Part shown: in pieces, positions 1-11,492 of the stretch
How positions within the stretch are numbered: position 1 is the stretch's first letter
Layout of the letters: each line of letters opens with the position of its first letter
Source: Candidatus Geohabitans tengchongensis
Lineage (GTDB): Bacteria; Sysuimicrobiota; Sysuimicrobiia; Sysuimicrobiales; Humicultoraceae
Direction of reading: 5' to 3'
Assembly: GCA_031459625.1 (NCBI GenBank)
Contig: JAVKIH010000005.1
Span: forward strand, 1-64,000
Length of the DNA stretch: 64,000 nucleotides
Position numbers and translations under genes: made by a program
Notes under the pieces: generated by a model
Told to the model about the DNA's origin: nothing
The model's database searches: none
The model's input: the letters and a program-made list of their open reading frames with translations, nothing else

Positions 1-1
1 C

Positions 2-628
2 TTCCAGCCGGAGCTGCGCCGCCTGCTCGAGCAGCTGGGGCGGGGGGCCCCCATCGTGAGCGGCCTCGGGGGGCCGCTGGGGCGGGAGGAGGCGATCCGC
101 CTGGTCAGCGACGTCGCCCGGGCGGCGCGCGTCCTCTCCATCCCCAAGATCGGCGCGCTCATCGTCCTGGAGCGCTCCACGGGGCTCGTGGACGTGGTGG
201 AGACCGGCATCAAGGTGGACGCCCAGGTGAGCGTGCAGCTCCTGCTGACGATCTTCTTCCCCAACACCCCCCTCCACGACGGGGCGGTGATCATCCGGGG
301 GAACCGGGTGCTGGCTGCGGCCTGCCTGCTGCCGCTCAGCGAGAACCCCACGCTCAGCAAGACGCTCGGGACTCGCCACCGCGCCGCCATCGGCATCACC
401 GAAGAGACCGACGCGGTGGCGGTGGTCGTCAGCGAGGAGACCGGCGTCATCTCGGTGGCCCGCGACGGGGAGCTGTCGCGCGGCCTCTCGGAGGAGGAGC
501 TGAAGGTCTACCTGCTCGGGCTCTTCGGCGCGGCCGCCGCCCAGCCGTCCTGGTGGCCCTGGCGGCGGGTGGGGACGGTCGGCGGGCGCGCGGAGCGGGT
601 GGTGGGCGCCGCCGACCGGCAGAAGTGA
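2..628 (+). CDS. cdaA: Diadenylate cyclase CdaA (5' truncated by window edge)
   Basis: FQPELRRLLEQLGR, PLHDGA and GTRHRAA motifs of the DAC domain; cdaA-cdaR-glmM synteny. Confidence 0.93.
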   Translation, partial: FQPELRRLLEQLGRGAPIVSGLGGPLGREEAIRLVSDVARAARVLSIPKIGALIVLERSTGLVDVVETGIKVDAQVSVQLLLTIFFPNTPLHDGAVIIRGNRVLAAACLLPLSENPTLSKTLGTRHRAAIGITEETDAVAVVVSEETGVISVARDGELSRGLSEEELKVYLLGLFGAAAAQPSWWPWRRVGTVGGRAERVVGAADRQK

Positions 629-692
629 GCGGACGGGACGGTGCGGGGGGCCTCGGGACCGGGTGGCGCCGCCCGGCCCGCACGGAGGCCGC

Positions 693-1370
693 ATGACCGG
701 GTGGCTGCGCCGGCAGCTGGGGGAGCGGACGCTCATCTTCCTGCTGGCGTTCCTCATCGCCACCGTGCTGTGGCTCTTCGTCCGGGAGTCGGCCCGGCAG
801 GTGACCATCCCCGGCCGCCCCGGATCCGGCGTGAAGACCGTGCCCGTCGTGCCGACGGTGGCCGGAGCCCCGGCGGAGGGGTTCGCCGTGCGCGCCATCG
901 AGGTGACCCCCTCCACTGTCACCATCGCCGGCCCGGCGGGTGTGGTGGAGGGGATCGACGTGGTGCCGACCGCCACGGTGCGCATCGACGGGGCCACCCG
1001 GGACGTGGTGGAGACGGTGGACCTGCGCGTCCCACCGGGGGTGTGGACCAGCGGCGGGGTGACGGTACGCGTGGGGATCGACCGGCTGGTGGTGCGGGCG
1101 CTCGTCCCGGGGGTGCCCGTCGAGGTGGTGGGGGCCACGGCCCCGGCGCAGGTGACCGTGGCCCCGCCCCAGGTGACGGTGGAGGTGGAGGGCCCGCCGG
1201 CGGCGCTGGCCACCTTGGGCCCCTCGGACTTCCGCGTGGTCGCCGACGTGGCGGGGCTGGCGCCCGGCACGCCCCACAGCGTCCGGCCGCAGGTGCGGCG
1301 GAGTCCCCCGCGCGTGCAGGTCCGGGCGCTCCACCCGCCCACCCTCTCCGTGACGGTGCGCCGGCCGTGA
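693..1370 (+). CDS. cdaR: YbbR-like domain protein (CdaR)
   Basis: GGAGG RBS before ATG 693; N-terminal TM helix ending LWLFV; repeated 'V.P..V.I.GP' YbbR motifs; lies between cdaA and glmM. Confidence 0.8.
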   Translation: MTGWLRRQLGERTLIFLLAFLIATVLWLFVRESARQVTIPGRPGSGVKTVPVVPTVAGAPAEGFAVRAIEVTPSTVTIAGPAGVVEGIDVVPTATVRIDGATRDVVETVDLRVPPGVWTSGGVTVRVGIDRLVVRALVPGVPVEVVGATAPAQVTVAPPQVTVEVEGPPAALATLGPSDFRVVADVAGLAPGTPHSVRPQVRRSPPRVQVRALHPPTLSVTVRRP

Positions 1371-2731
1371 CGCGCCTGTTCGGCACCGACGGGATCCGCG
1401 GCGTGGCCAACCGGGAGCTCACGCCCGAGCTGGCCCTGGCGGTCGGGCGGGCGGTGGGCGGCCTGCTGCAGGGGTCGGGGCCGGTGCTGCTCGGACGGGA
1501 CACGCGGCTGTCGGGGCCGATGCTGGAGGCGGCCCTGGTCGCCGGCCTCTGCTCCGCCGGCGCCGACGTCGAGCTGAGCGGCATCCTCCCGACGCCGGCC
1601 GTGGCGGCGCTGGCGCGGCTGCGCGCGCACCGCGCCGGGGTGGCGCTCTCCGCCTCCCACAACCCCATCGAGGACAACGGCATCAAGGTCTTCGGCCCGG
1701 ACGGGTTCAAGCTCCCGGACGAGGTGGAGACGCGCCTGGAGGCGGCGCTGGGCGACGCCGACCTGCCGCGGCCCACCGGCACCGGGGTGGGGACGGCGCG
1801 GGGGCGGCCGGAGGCGGAGGACGACTACCTGGCCTACCTGCTCGGGCTGGGGCTGCGCCCCGCGGCGGGGCTGCGGGTGGTGGTGGACTGCGCCTACGGC
1901 GCGGCCTGGCGCATCGCCCCGCGCCTGTGGGAGGCGCTGGGGGCGCAGGTGGTGGCGCTGCACGCCGAGCCCGACGGGACGCGCATCAACGTGGGGTGCG
2001 GCTCCACGGCCCCGGAAGTGTTGCAGGCCGAGGTGCGCCGTCACGGCGCCGACGTCGGGTTCGCCCATGACGGCGACGCCGACCGCCTGATCGCGGTGGA
2101 CGAGCGGGGCGAGGTGGTGGACGGCGACCGGACGATGGCCATCGCCGCCGACTTCCTGCTGGAGACCGGACGCCTGCGCGGCCGCACCGTGGTGGCCACG
2201 GTGATGAGCAACCTGGGACTGGAGCGCTACCTCCGGGCGCGCGGGGTGCGCCTGGAGCGCACCCGGGTCGGCGACCGCTACGTCCTGGAGCGGCTGCGGG
2301 AGCTCGGCGGGGTGCTGGGCGGCGAGCAGAGCGGGCACGTGATCTTCCTGGACGTGGCCACGACGGGCGACGGCCTGGTGACGGCGCTGCACCTGGTGCA
2401 CATCATGGCCCGCAGCGGGCGCCGCCTCTCCGAGCTCGCCCCGGGGCTGGAGCGCTTCCCGCAGGTGCTGCTGAACGTGCCGGTGCGCGACCGGGAGGCC
2501 TGGACGCGCGACCCGCACGTCCAGGCGGCGATCCTGGGGGCGGAGCAGCGGCTGCGCGGGCGGGGGCGGCTGCTGGTGCGGGCGTCGGGGACGGAGCCGC
2601 TCGTGCGGGTCATGGTGGAGGCGGAGGAGGCGCAGGAATCGCAGGCGCTCGCGGCGGAGCTCGCGGCGGTGATCGCCCGCCGCTGCGGCGCGGAGCGCGC
2701 CCCGCACGCCGCCGAGGAGGGCGGCGGGTGA
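1367..2731 (+). CDS. glmM: Phosphoglucosamine mutase
   Basis: RLFGTDGIRG, SASHNP, DGDADR, GGEQSGH, RASGTEP motifs; GTGA overlap with upstream stop. Confidence 0.96.
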   Translation: MTRLFGTDGIRGVANRELTPELALAVGRAVGGLLQGSGPVLLGRDTRLSGPMLEAALVAGLCSAGADVELSGILPTPAVAALARLRAHRAGVALSASHNPIEDNGIKVFGPDGFKLPDEVETRLEAALGDADLPRPTGTGVGTARGRPEAEDDYLAYLLGLGLRPAAGLRVVVDCAYGAAWRIAPRLWEALGAQVVALHAEPDGTRINVGCGSTAPEVLQAEVRRHGADVGFAHDGDADRLIAVDERGEVVDGDRTMAIAADFLLETGRLRGRTVVATVMSNLGLERYLRARGVRLERTRVGDRYVLERLRELGGVLGGEQSGHVIFLDVATTGDGLVTALHLVHIMARSGRRLSELAPGLERFPQVLLNVPVRDREAWTRDPHVQAAILGAEQRLRGRGRLLVRASGTEPLVRVMVEAEEAQESQALAAELAAVIARRCGAERAPHAAEEGGG

Positions 2732-3612
2732 GCGAGACCCTCACCGCGCTCCCTGCGCTGCGCCCGGCGGTCCTGCTCGGGCTGCCGGTCCACCCGGTCA
2801 CCCTGGAGGAGGCCGTGGAGCGGCTGCTCCGGGCGGTGGCCGCCCGCTCGGCGCCGGTGCACGTCGTCTCCCTCAACGGGGCGCTCGTGATGCAGGCGCT
2901 GCGCGACCCCGACCTGGCCGCGGTCATCCGCGCCGCCGGGCTGGTCATCCCCGACGGCATCGGCACGGTGCTGGCCGGGCGCATCCTCGACGTCCCCGTG
3001 CGCCGGCGGGTGGCCGGGGTGGACGTGGCGGAGGCGCTCTGCCGCGAGGCCGCCCGCCACGGCTACCGGGTCTACCTGCTGGGCGCCGCCCCCGGCGTGG
3101 CCGAGGCGGCCGCCTCCCGCCTGCGCGAGCGCTACCCCGGCTTCGTCGTGGCCGGGACCGACCACGGCTACTTCGGGCCCGAAGACGAATCCGCGGTGCT
3201 GGCCCGCATCCGCGCGGCCCGCCCCGACATCCTGCTGGTGGCCCTGGGCGCCCCCCGCCAGGAGCGCTGGCTCCACCGGCATGCCGCGACGCTGGGGGTC
3301 CCGGTGGTGATGGGGGTGGGCGGGACGCTGGACGTGCTGGCCGGGCGCGTCAGGCGGGCCCCGCGGTGGATGCAGGCGCTGGGGCTGGAGTGGCTCTACC
3401 GGATGGTCCGCCAGCCGTGGCGGTGGAGCGTGGTGCGGACGATCCCCCCGCTCTTCGCGGTGGCCCTGCGGGAGCGGGTGCGCCGCCTGCGCCGGAAGGC
3501 TGCGGCCGCCGGCGCGGCCGGCGGGGAGGGCCGGGCCCGGGAGGCCCCGGCCCGGCAGGAGGCGGCCGGCGCGGCCGCCGAAGAGGAGAGGGCCGGACCG
3601 GAGGGGAGGTGA
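2728..3612 (+). CDS. WecB/TagA/CpsF family glycosyltransferase
   Basis: IPDGIG, RVAGVD, VALGAPRQE, GVGG, RAPRWMQALGLEWLYR motifs. Confidence 0.9.
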   Translation: MSETLTALPALRPAVLLGLPVHPVTLEEAVERLLRAVAARSAPVHVVSLNGALVMQALRDPDLAAVIRAAGLVIPDGIGTVLAGRILDVPVRRRVAGVDVAEALCREAARHGYRVYLLGAAPGVAEAAASRLRERYPGFVVAGTDHGYFGPEDESAVLARIRAARPDILLVALGAPRQERWLHRHAATLGVPVVMGVGGTLDVLAGRVRRAPRWMQALGLEWLYRMVRQPWRWSVVRTIPPLFAVALRERVRRLRRKAAAAGAAGGEGRAREAPARQEAAGAAAEEERAGPEGR

Positions 3613-3640
3613 GAGCCGCAACGACCTGGAAGCGTGCCGC

Positions 3641-3855
3641 AGCGCCTGGACCCCGCGCAGCCTGACCAGCGGCGGGGTTGACGAGGGAGGGGATCTCGAG
3701 CGGCCGCCGGTCCCTGCACGGACGGCGGCCGGTGTCGGCGGGTGACCCTAGGCCTGGTCCGGGCCTGCACGGCCTCCGCTCCATGACGCCGCGGAGTTAG
3801 GAGGGAAGGGGACCGACAAAGCCCGGCGGCGACGCCGGGACAACCGGGACCCGGG
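3641..3855 (+). ncRNA. glmS ribozyme (GlcN6P-activated)
   Basis: AGCGCC cleavage-site motif at 3641, P1 ccccgc/gcgggg, GTTGACGAGG core, TCGGCGG, ACAAA followed by GCGA-capped hairpin; directly upstream of glmS. 3' boundary approximate. Confidence 0.85.
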
Positions 3856-3953
3856 ACACCAACGGCGCGACAGCTGGGCAGAACCTAGTGGGCCCTGCGC
3901 GGGCGGGCCGCATCCGGCGGCGTGCCGCGCCGGCCCGACGTGGAGGGATTCGC

Positions 3954-5798
<1,845 letters not shown>

Positions 5799-5803
5799 GC
5801 GCC

Positions 5804-5962
5804 ATGCTGGAACCCTGGGTCCTGGAGATTTTGGCCTGCCCCGCCGACAAGGCCCCGCTGGAGCTGCGCGAGGACCGGCTGGTCTGCACCCAGTGCGGGC
5901 GCCGCTACCCCATCCGGGACGGCATCCCCCACCTCCTGCTCGAGGAAGCGGAGCTGCCGTGA
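5804..5962 (+). CDS. Trm112-family small protein
   Basis: LEILACPADK...LVCTQCGRRYPIRDGIPHLL pattern. Confidence 0.85.
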   Translation: MLEPWVLEILACPADKAPLELREDRLVCTQCGRRYPIRDGIPHLLLEEAELP

Positions 5963-6348
5963 GGCCCGGCGGAGCCGTGGTGGGCGTCGGCCTCGACGTC
6001 GTCGAGGTCGCGCGCGTCCACCGCGCCGCCGGGCGGTGGGGGGAGCGCCTGCTGCGCCGCCTCTTCACCGAGGCGGAGCTGGCCCGGGCCCGGGGGGCGC
6101 ACGCCCAGGCCCGCCTGGCCGCCCGCTTCGCCGCCAAGGAGGCGGTGATGAAGGCGCTCGGGGTGGGCTGGCAGGCGGTGCGGTGGCGGGAGATCGAGAT
6201 CCGCACCGACCCCACCGGGCGGCCCACCGTGGCCCTCTCCGGGGAGGCGCAGGCCCTGGCCGAGCGGTTGGGCGTGGGGGAGGTCCTCGTCTCCCTGACC
6301 CACACCGACCACCTGGCGGTGGCCCAGGCGGTGGCGCTGGCGCGCTAA
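5959..6348 (+). CDS. acpS: Holo-[acyl-carrier-protein] synthase
   Basis: GVGLDVVEVARV, LAARFAAKEAVMKALG, VSLTH motifs; start may be 5959 or 5977. Confidence 0.92.
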   Translation: MRPGGAVVGVGLDVVEVARVHRAAGRWGERLLRRLFTEAELARARGAHAQARLAARFAAKEAVMKALGVGWQAVRWREIEIRTDPTGRPTVALSGEAQALAERLGVGEVLVSLTHTDHLAVAQAVALAR

Positions 6349-6385
6349 ACCCTACAGGTCAACGGATCAGGGACGGGAAGTACAC

Positions 6386-6558
6386 GAAGAGGGGCGCAAA
6401 CCCTGACGACTTTTCACCGTCTTCAGCGCGCGCCGCCGGTGCCTACCGCCTCGAGGCTGATCTCGGGAGTTACCCCCCAAGAAGACCTGTGGGGCTCTCG
6501 GCGTCCACGTGCGCGGCGTTTGACTCGGCTACTTCGCCGCCGGGCTCGCGCCCCTCTA
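6386..6558 (-). ncRNA. ssrS: Putative 6S RNA-like long hairpin ncRNA (~173 nt)
   Basis: 16-bp closing stem AGAGGGGCGCGAGCCC/GGGUUUGCGCCCCUCU with G-U pairs valid only on the minus strand; loosely paired centre; GUAA-capped apical stem; own sigma70-type promoter. Confidence 0.55.
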
Positions 6559-6564
6559 GTTGTG

Positions 6565-6593
6565 ACAGTATCGGCGGGCCAGGCATGCGTCAA
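6565..6593 (-). promoter_or_regulatory. sigma70-type promoter of the 6S-like RNA
   Basis: TTGACG-N17-TACTGT on the minus strand, ending ~7 nt before the hairpin 5' end. Confidence 0.65.
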
Positions 6594-6819
6594 TCCCGAT
6601 TCTCCGTTCGCGCGCTGTGGATTCTGTGGGCAGTGTGCACCGGGTGCGGCACGCGCAGCAGCGCAGGCGAGGACGGCACCGCTCGCCGCCAGCGACATCC
6701 GCACGCCTTCCCGCCGAGGAGTGGAGGGGGGTGAGGCGAAAGACCAGGGGAGTGGCTCCCGCCCTTCGGTCTCCGCGGGCTTGCGGGGAGGCCGCCGGCA
6801 GGAGCCGGGCCGACCGACC

Positions 6820-8388
6820 ATGCGCGTCGCCACCGCCGCCGAGATCCGCGAGATCGACCGCCGCGCCGAGGAGGAATACGGGCTGCCCGGGCCCGTCCTC
6901 ATGGAGCAGGCGGGGCGCCGGGCCGCGGAGGTCGTGCGGCGGGAGGTGCCCGCGGCCCGGCGGTGCGTCGTGCTGGCCGGCAAGGGGCGCAATGGCGGGG
7001 ACGGGCTGGTGGCCTCCCGCCACTTGGCCGCAGCCGGGTGGCGGGTCGAGGTGCTGCTGGCGGCGCGCGAGGAGGAGCTCGGTCCCGACATCCGCCAGAC
7101 GCTCATCCGCGCACGGGCGGCCGGGGTCGAGGTCATGCCGGTGACGAGCCCGGCCCTCGCCGGCGCGGAGGCCCTTCTGAGTACGGCGGATGTGATCCTG
7201 GACGCGCTCTTCGGCACCGGCTTCCGCGGAACCCTGGTGGGCATCGCCGCCCGCCTGGTGGAGGCGGCCAACGCCGCCCCGGCCCCGATCGTCGCCCTGG
7301 ACATCCCCTCGGGCGTGGACGCGGACACGGGGGCGGTGCGCGGGCCGGCGATCACCGCCCGGACCACCGTGACGATGGGCCTGCCCAAGGTGGGCCTGCT
7401 CCTCTACCCGGGAGCGGGACGGGCGGGCCGCGTCGTCGTGGCCGACATCGGTTACCCGCGCCCGTTGCTGGAGGACCCCGGCCTGCGCACCCTGGTGGTG
7501 ACCCCGACGATGGTGGCGGCCCACCTGCCCGCGCGCCCCCCCGACGCCCACAAGGGCACCTTCGGGCGCGTGGTGGTGGTCGCCGGATCGGTCGGCTTCA
7601 CGGGGGCACCGTCGCTCTGCGCGCTGGGGGCGCTGCGCGTCGGCGTCGGGCTCGTCACCCTGGCCGTGCCCGAGCCGATCTACCCCATCGTGGCCGCGCG
7701 GGAGGTGGAGGCCATGCCCTCCCCCCTGCCGGGCAACGACGGAGCGGTCGGGGAAGGGGCCTGGGAACGGGTACGGGAACTGGCTGCGGGCGCGGAGGTC
7801 ATCGCCGCCGGGCCCGGCCTCTCCCGGCGCCCGGCTGTGGCGCGGCTGGTCCGGGCGATGGTGACGGAGAGCCCGCTGCCGCTGGTGCTGGACGCGGACG
7901 CCCTCAACGTGCTGGCGGAAGACCCGGATGCCCTGGCCCGGGGCCGCGCATCCACCGTGGTCACCCCGCATCCCGGAGAGATGAGCCGCCTGCTGGGCCT
8001 CCCCACGGCACGGATCCAGGAGGACCGGCTGGCGGTGGCCCGGGAGGCGGCCCGGCGCCTGCGCTCGGTGGTGGTCCTGAAGGGCGCGCGGACGGTGGTG
8101 GCCGGGCCCGACGGGGAGGCCTACCTCGTCCCCACGGGCAACCCCGGCATGGCCACCGGCGGGATGGGGGACGTCCTCACCGGGGTCATCGCCGGCCTGA
8201 TGGCCCAGGGGATGGCCCCGCTGGCGGCCGCCTGGGCGGGAGCCTACCTGCACGGTCTGGCCGGCGACCTGGTCGCCGAGCGGCTGGGGCAGGCCGGGCT
8301 GCTGACCCGCGAGGTGGCCGACGCCCTGCCACTGGCGCGGCGGGCGGTGCTGGAAGGGCGGCCCGGCCCCCTGGAGGTCCTGCAGTGA
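6820..8388 (+). CDS. nnr: Bifunctional NAD(P)HX epimerase/dehydratase (YjeF/Nnr)
   Basis: LMEQAG, GKGRNGGDG, DALFGTG, DIPSG, HKGTFG, LDADALN, TPHPGE, GGMGDVLTG. Confidence 0.95.
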   Translation: MRVATAAEIREIDRRAEEEYGLPGPVLMEQAGRRAAEVVRREVPAARRCVVLAGKGRNGGDGLVASRHLAAAGWRVEVLLAAREEELGPDIRQTLIRARAAGVEVMPVTSPALAGAEALLSTADVILDALFGTGFRGTLVGIAARLVEAANAAPAPIVALDIPSGVDADTGAVRGPAITARTTVTMGLPKVGLLLYPGAGRAGRVVVADIGYPRPLLEDPGLRTLVVTPTMVAAHLPARPPDAHKGTFGRVVVVAGSVGFTGAPSLCALGALRVGVGLVTLAVPEPIYPIVAAREVEAMPSPLPGNDGAVGEGAWERVRELAAGAEVIAAGPGLSRRPAVARLVRAMVTESPLPLVLDADALNVLAEDPDALARGRASTVVTPHPGEMSRLLGLPTARIQEDRLAVAREAARRLRSVVVLKGARTVVAGPDGEAYLVPTGNPGMATGGMGDVLTGVIAGLMAQGMAPLAAAWAGAYLHGLAGDLVAERLGQAGLLTREVADALPLARRAVLEGRPGPLEVLQ

Positions 8389-8419
8389 CGCGGAGCGGCT
8401 CCACGCAACGGGTTGCGCC

Positions 8420-9568
8420 ATGACGGGCGGCTCCACGCGCACCGTCCCGGTGCTCCACGCCCGCGCCTGGGCGGAGGTGGACCTGGAGGCCGTGGCCGCC
8501 AACGTGCAGGCGGTGCGGAGGCACGTGGGCGCTACCCCGGTGATGGCGGTGGTGAAGGCGAACGGGTACGGGCACGGCGCCCTGCCGGTGGCCCGCGCGG
8601 CCGTGCGGGCCGGCGCGGCCTGGCTGGGGGTCGCGACGGTCGAGGAGGGGATCGCGCTCCGTGACGGCGGTGTCGTGGCGCCGGTCCTGGTCCTCGGCCC
8701 CGACGAGCCGGTGGAAGAGGCGGTGGCACGCGGCCTCACGCTGACGGTGGCGGACCCGGCGAGCCTCCACCGCACCGTGACCGCGGCGCGGCGGGCATCC
8801 CCGGGCGGGCGGCGCGTCCGCGTCCACCTGAAGGTGGACACGGGGATGACCCGCCTGGGATTCTGGCCGGAGGCCGTGCCGGCAGCGGTGGAGACGCTGG
8901 CCGCCGCAGGCGTGGCGGTGGAGGGCGTCTTCACCCACCTGGCCGCCGCCGACAGCGACCCCGCCTTTACCGCCGAGCAACTGCGCCGTTTCGCCCCGGC
9001 CGCGCGGGCGGTGCGCGCCCGCTTCCCCCGCGCCCTGCGCCACGCGGCGGCCACCGCGGCGCTGCTGACGGTTCCCGAAGCCCGGCTCGACCTGGTGCGC
9101 CTGGGGATCGGGCTGTACGGCCTCCTCCCGGGCCCGGGCTTCGCCTCGCCGGTGGCGCTGCGGCCGGCGATGCGCCTGTGGGCGCGCGTCGCCCAGGTCC
9201 GGGAGGTGCCGGCCGGCGTCGACGTGAGCTACGGCCGGACCTACCGCACCACGGGCCCGACGCGCCTGGCCACGGTGGCCATCGGCTACGGGGACGGCTA
9301 CCTGCGGTCGCTCAGCAACCGCGGCGCCATGCTCCTCGACGGCCGCCGGGCGCCGGTGGTGGGCCGGGTCTGCATGGACTACACCATCGTCGCGGTCCCG
9401 CCCGGCGCAGCGGTGCAGCCCGGGGACGCCGCGCTGGTCTTCGGGCCGGAGCTGCCGGCCGAGGAGGTGGCCGAGGCGGCCGGGACGATCGCCTACGAGG
9501 TAGTGACGCGCCTGGGACCGCGCGTGCGCCGGATCTACCGGCCTGCGGGCGAGGGGGGAGGGGCGTGA
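8420..9568 (+). CDS. alr: Alanine racemase
   Basis: AVVKANGYGHG PLP-lysine motif, HLKVDTGMTRLG, GRVCMD. Confidence 0.96.
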   Translation: MTGGSTRTVPVLHARAWAEVDLEAVAANVQAVRRHVGATPVMAVVKANGYGHGALPVARAAVRAGAAWLGVATVEEGIALRDGGVVAPVLVLGPDEPVEEAVARGLTLTVADPASLHRTVTAARRASPGGRRVRVHLKVDTGMTRLGFWPEAVPAAVETLAAAGVAVEGVFTHLAAADSDPAFTAEQLRRFAPAARAVRARFPRALRHAAATAALLTVPEARLDLVRLGIGLYGLLPGPGFASPVALRPAMRLWARVAQVREVPAGVDVSYGRTYRTTGPTRLATVAIGYGDGYLRSLSNRGAMLLDGRRAPVVGRVCMDYTIVAVPPGAAVQPGDAALVFGPELPAEEVAEAAGTIAYEVVTRLGPRVRRIYRPAGEGGGA

Positions 9569-10470
9569 GGAGAGCGCCGCAGCCGGGCGCGGGTCCGGCC
9601 GTAGGGGCCGCCTCCGGTCCCCTGGCGATTACCGGGCCGGTGGCCTTCCAGGGGGAGCCGGGGGCCTACAGCGACGAGGCCCTCACCCGCGCCCTGGGCG
9701 AGGTGGAGCGGCTCCCCTGCCCCACGCTGCGCCGCGTCTTCGAGGTCGTGGCCGACGGGACCGCCGGTGCGGGGCTCGTCCCCATCGAGAACTCCTACGC
9801 CGGCAGCATCAACGAGACCTACGACCTGCTGCTGGCCTTCCCCCTCCACATCGTGGGCGAGGTCACCCACCGCGTCGACCACTGCCTGCTGGCCCTGCCC
9901 GGGGAGCGGCTGGAGACGGTGCGCCGCGTCCTCTCCCACCCGCAGGCCCTGGCGCAGTGCGAGCACTTCCTGCGCCGGCACGACCTCCTCCCGGTGCCGG
10001 AGACCGACACCGCCGGCAGCGCCCGCCGCGTGGCCGAGGAGCGGCTGCGCCACACCGCCGCCATCGCCGGACGCCGCGCCGCGACCCTCTACGGGCTCGA
10101 GGTCCTGGCCGAGTCGATCCAGTCGGCGCCGGCCAACTTCACCCGCTTCATCTTCGTCGGCCGCGCCCCCGCCCCGGTGCGCGAGCCGGCCAAGACCTCC
10201 ATCGTCTTCGGCACGGCCAACGTCCCCGGCGCGCTGTACCGGGCGCTCGGGGCCCTCTCCACCCGCGGCCTGAACCTGACGAAGCTGGAGTCGCGGCCGG
10301 CCCGGGACCGCGCCCTGCAGCCCTCGGAGACCGCGCCGGCCTGGGAGTACGTCTTCTACGTGGACGTGGAGGCGCACGCCGCCACCGCGCCGCTGCGCGA
10401 GGCGCTGGAGGAGCTGCGCGGCGTGACCACCTTCCTGCGCGTCCTGGGCTCCTACCCGCCGAGCGGCTGA
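9565..10470 (+). CDS. pheA: Prephenate dehydratase
   Basis: VAFQGEPGAYS, PIENS, SHPQALAQC, NFTRF, NLTKLESRP, LGSYP. Confidence 0.93.
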   Translation: MRRAPQPGAGPAVGAASGPLAITGPVAFQGEPGAYSDEALTRALGEVERLPCPTLRRVFEVVADGTAGAGLVPIENSYAGSINETYDLLLAFPLHIVGEVTHRVDHCLLALPGERLETVRRVLSHPQALAQCEHFLRRHDLLPVPETDTAGSARRVAEERLRHTAAIAGRRAATLYGLEVLAESIQSAPANFTRFIFVGRAPAPVREPAKTSIVFGTANVPGALYRALGALSTRGLNLTKLESRPARDRALQPSETAPAWEYVFYVDVEAHAATAPLREALEELRGVTTFLRVLGSYPPSG

Positions 10471-10472
10471 CC

Positions 10473-11468
10473 GTGCACCTCGGCCACCTCCCCCGCGTCT
10501 CCCTGGCGGTGCGGCCCACGCCGCTGCAGGAGGCCCCGCGCCTCAGCGCCTACCTGGACGGGCCGCGCATCCTGATCAAGCGCGACGACCTCACGGGGCT
10601 GGCGCTGGGGGGCAACAAGGCGCGCAAGCTGGAGTTCCTGCTGGGGGAGGCCCGGTCGCGCGGCGCCGACGCCGTCATCACCCTGGGGGCCCCCCAGTCC
10701 AACCACGCCCGCATGACCGCCGCCGCCTGCCGGCTGCTCGGGCTGGAGGCCTACCTGGTGCTGGGGGGCGATCCCCCCGAGGAGGTGCAGGGCAACCTCC
10801 TGCTGGACCACCTGTTCGGGGCGGAGGTGCGCCTCATCCAGAGCACGGACGACTACATCCTGATGGGGGTGGTGGAGGACCTGGCGCGGGAGCTGCACCG
10901 CCGCGGCCGCCACCCCTACGTCATCCCCCGCGGCGGCTCCACCGGGCTCGGGGCGGTGGCCTACCTGGAGGCGGGGATGGAGGCGTTCGCGCAGCTCAAC
11001 GCGCTGGGCGTGCGATTGGACGCCATCGTCACCACCAGCACCTCGGGGGGGACCCACGCCGGGCTGCTGGCCGCCACCCGCTTCGCGCACGCCGGCATCC
11101 CCGTGGTCGGCATCAGCGCCGGGCCACCGGCCGAGACGGTGGCCCGGCGCGTGAGCGCCGTCGTCCGCGAGCTGGCCGAGCTGCTGCGTGCCGACCTGGC
11201 GGTGCAGGGGGAGGACGTCGTGGTCCACGACGCCTACGTGGGGGAGGGCTACGGCATCCCCGCCCCCGCGACGGTGGAGGCCATCAAGCTCGTCGCCCGC
11301 ACCGAGGGCGTCCTGCTCGATCCGGTTTACACTGGGAAGGGGATGGCGGGGCTGATCGACCTGGTCCGGCGGGGCAGCTTCACGCGGGGCCAGACCGTGC
11401 TCTTCTGGCACACCGGCGGGCAACCGGCCCTCTTTGCCCACGCCGCGCGCCTGGCGGCGCCCGACTGA
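10473..11468 (+). CDS. D-cysteine desulfhydrase / ACC deaminase family PLP enzyme
   Basis: KRDDLTGLALGGNKARKLE, QSNHAR, LLDPVYTGK, FWHTGG. Confidence 0.9.
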   Translation: MHLGHLPRVSLAVRPTPLQEAPRLSAYLDGPRILIKRDDLTGLALGGNKARKLEFLLGEARSRGADAVITLGAPQSNHARMTAAACRLLGLEAYLVLGGDPPEEVQGNLLLDHLFGAEVRLIQSTDDYILMGVVEDLARELHRRGRHPYVIPRGGSTGLGAVAYLEAGMEAFAQLNALGVRLDAIVTTSTSGGTHAGLLAATRFAHAGIPVVGISAGPPAETVARRVSAVVRELAELLRADLAVQGEDVVVHDAYVGEGYGIPAPATVEAIKLVARTEGVLLDPVYTGKGMAGLIDLVRRGSFTRGQTVLFWHTGGQPALFAHAARLAAPD

Positions 11469-11492
11469 TCCGGCGTGCACGGGGGAGGCCCG

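Noticed and set aside
6350..6750. tmRNA, SRP RNA or c-di-AMP riboswitch in the acpS-nnr gap
   Set aside because: No tRNA-like ends or tag ORF, no SRP helix-8 motif, no ydaO consensus; a 6S-like rod fits better.
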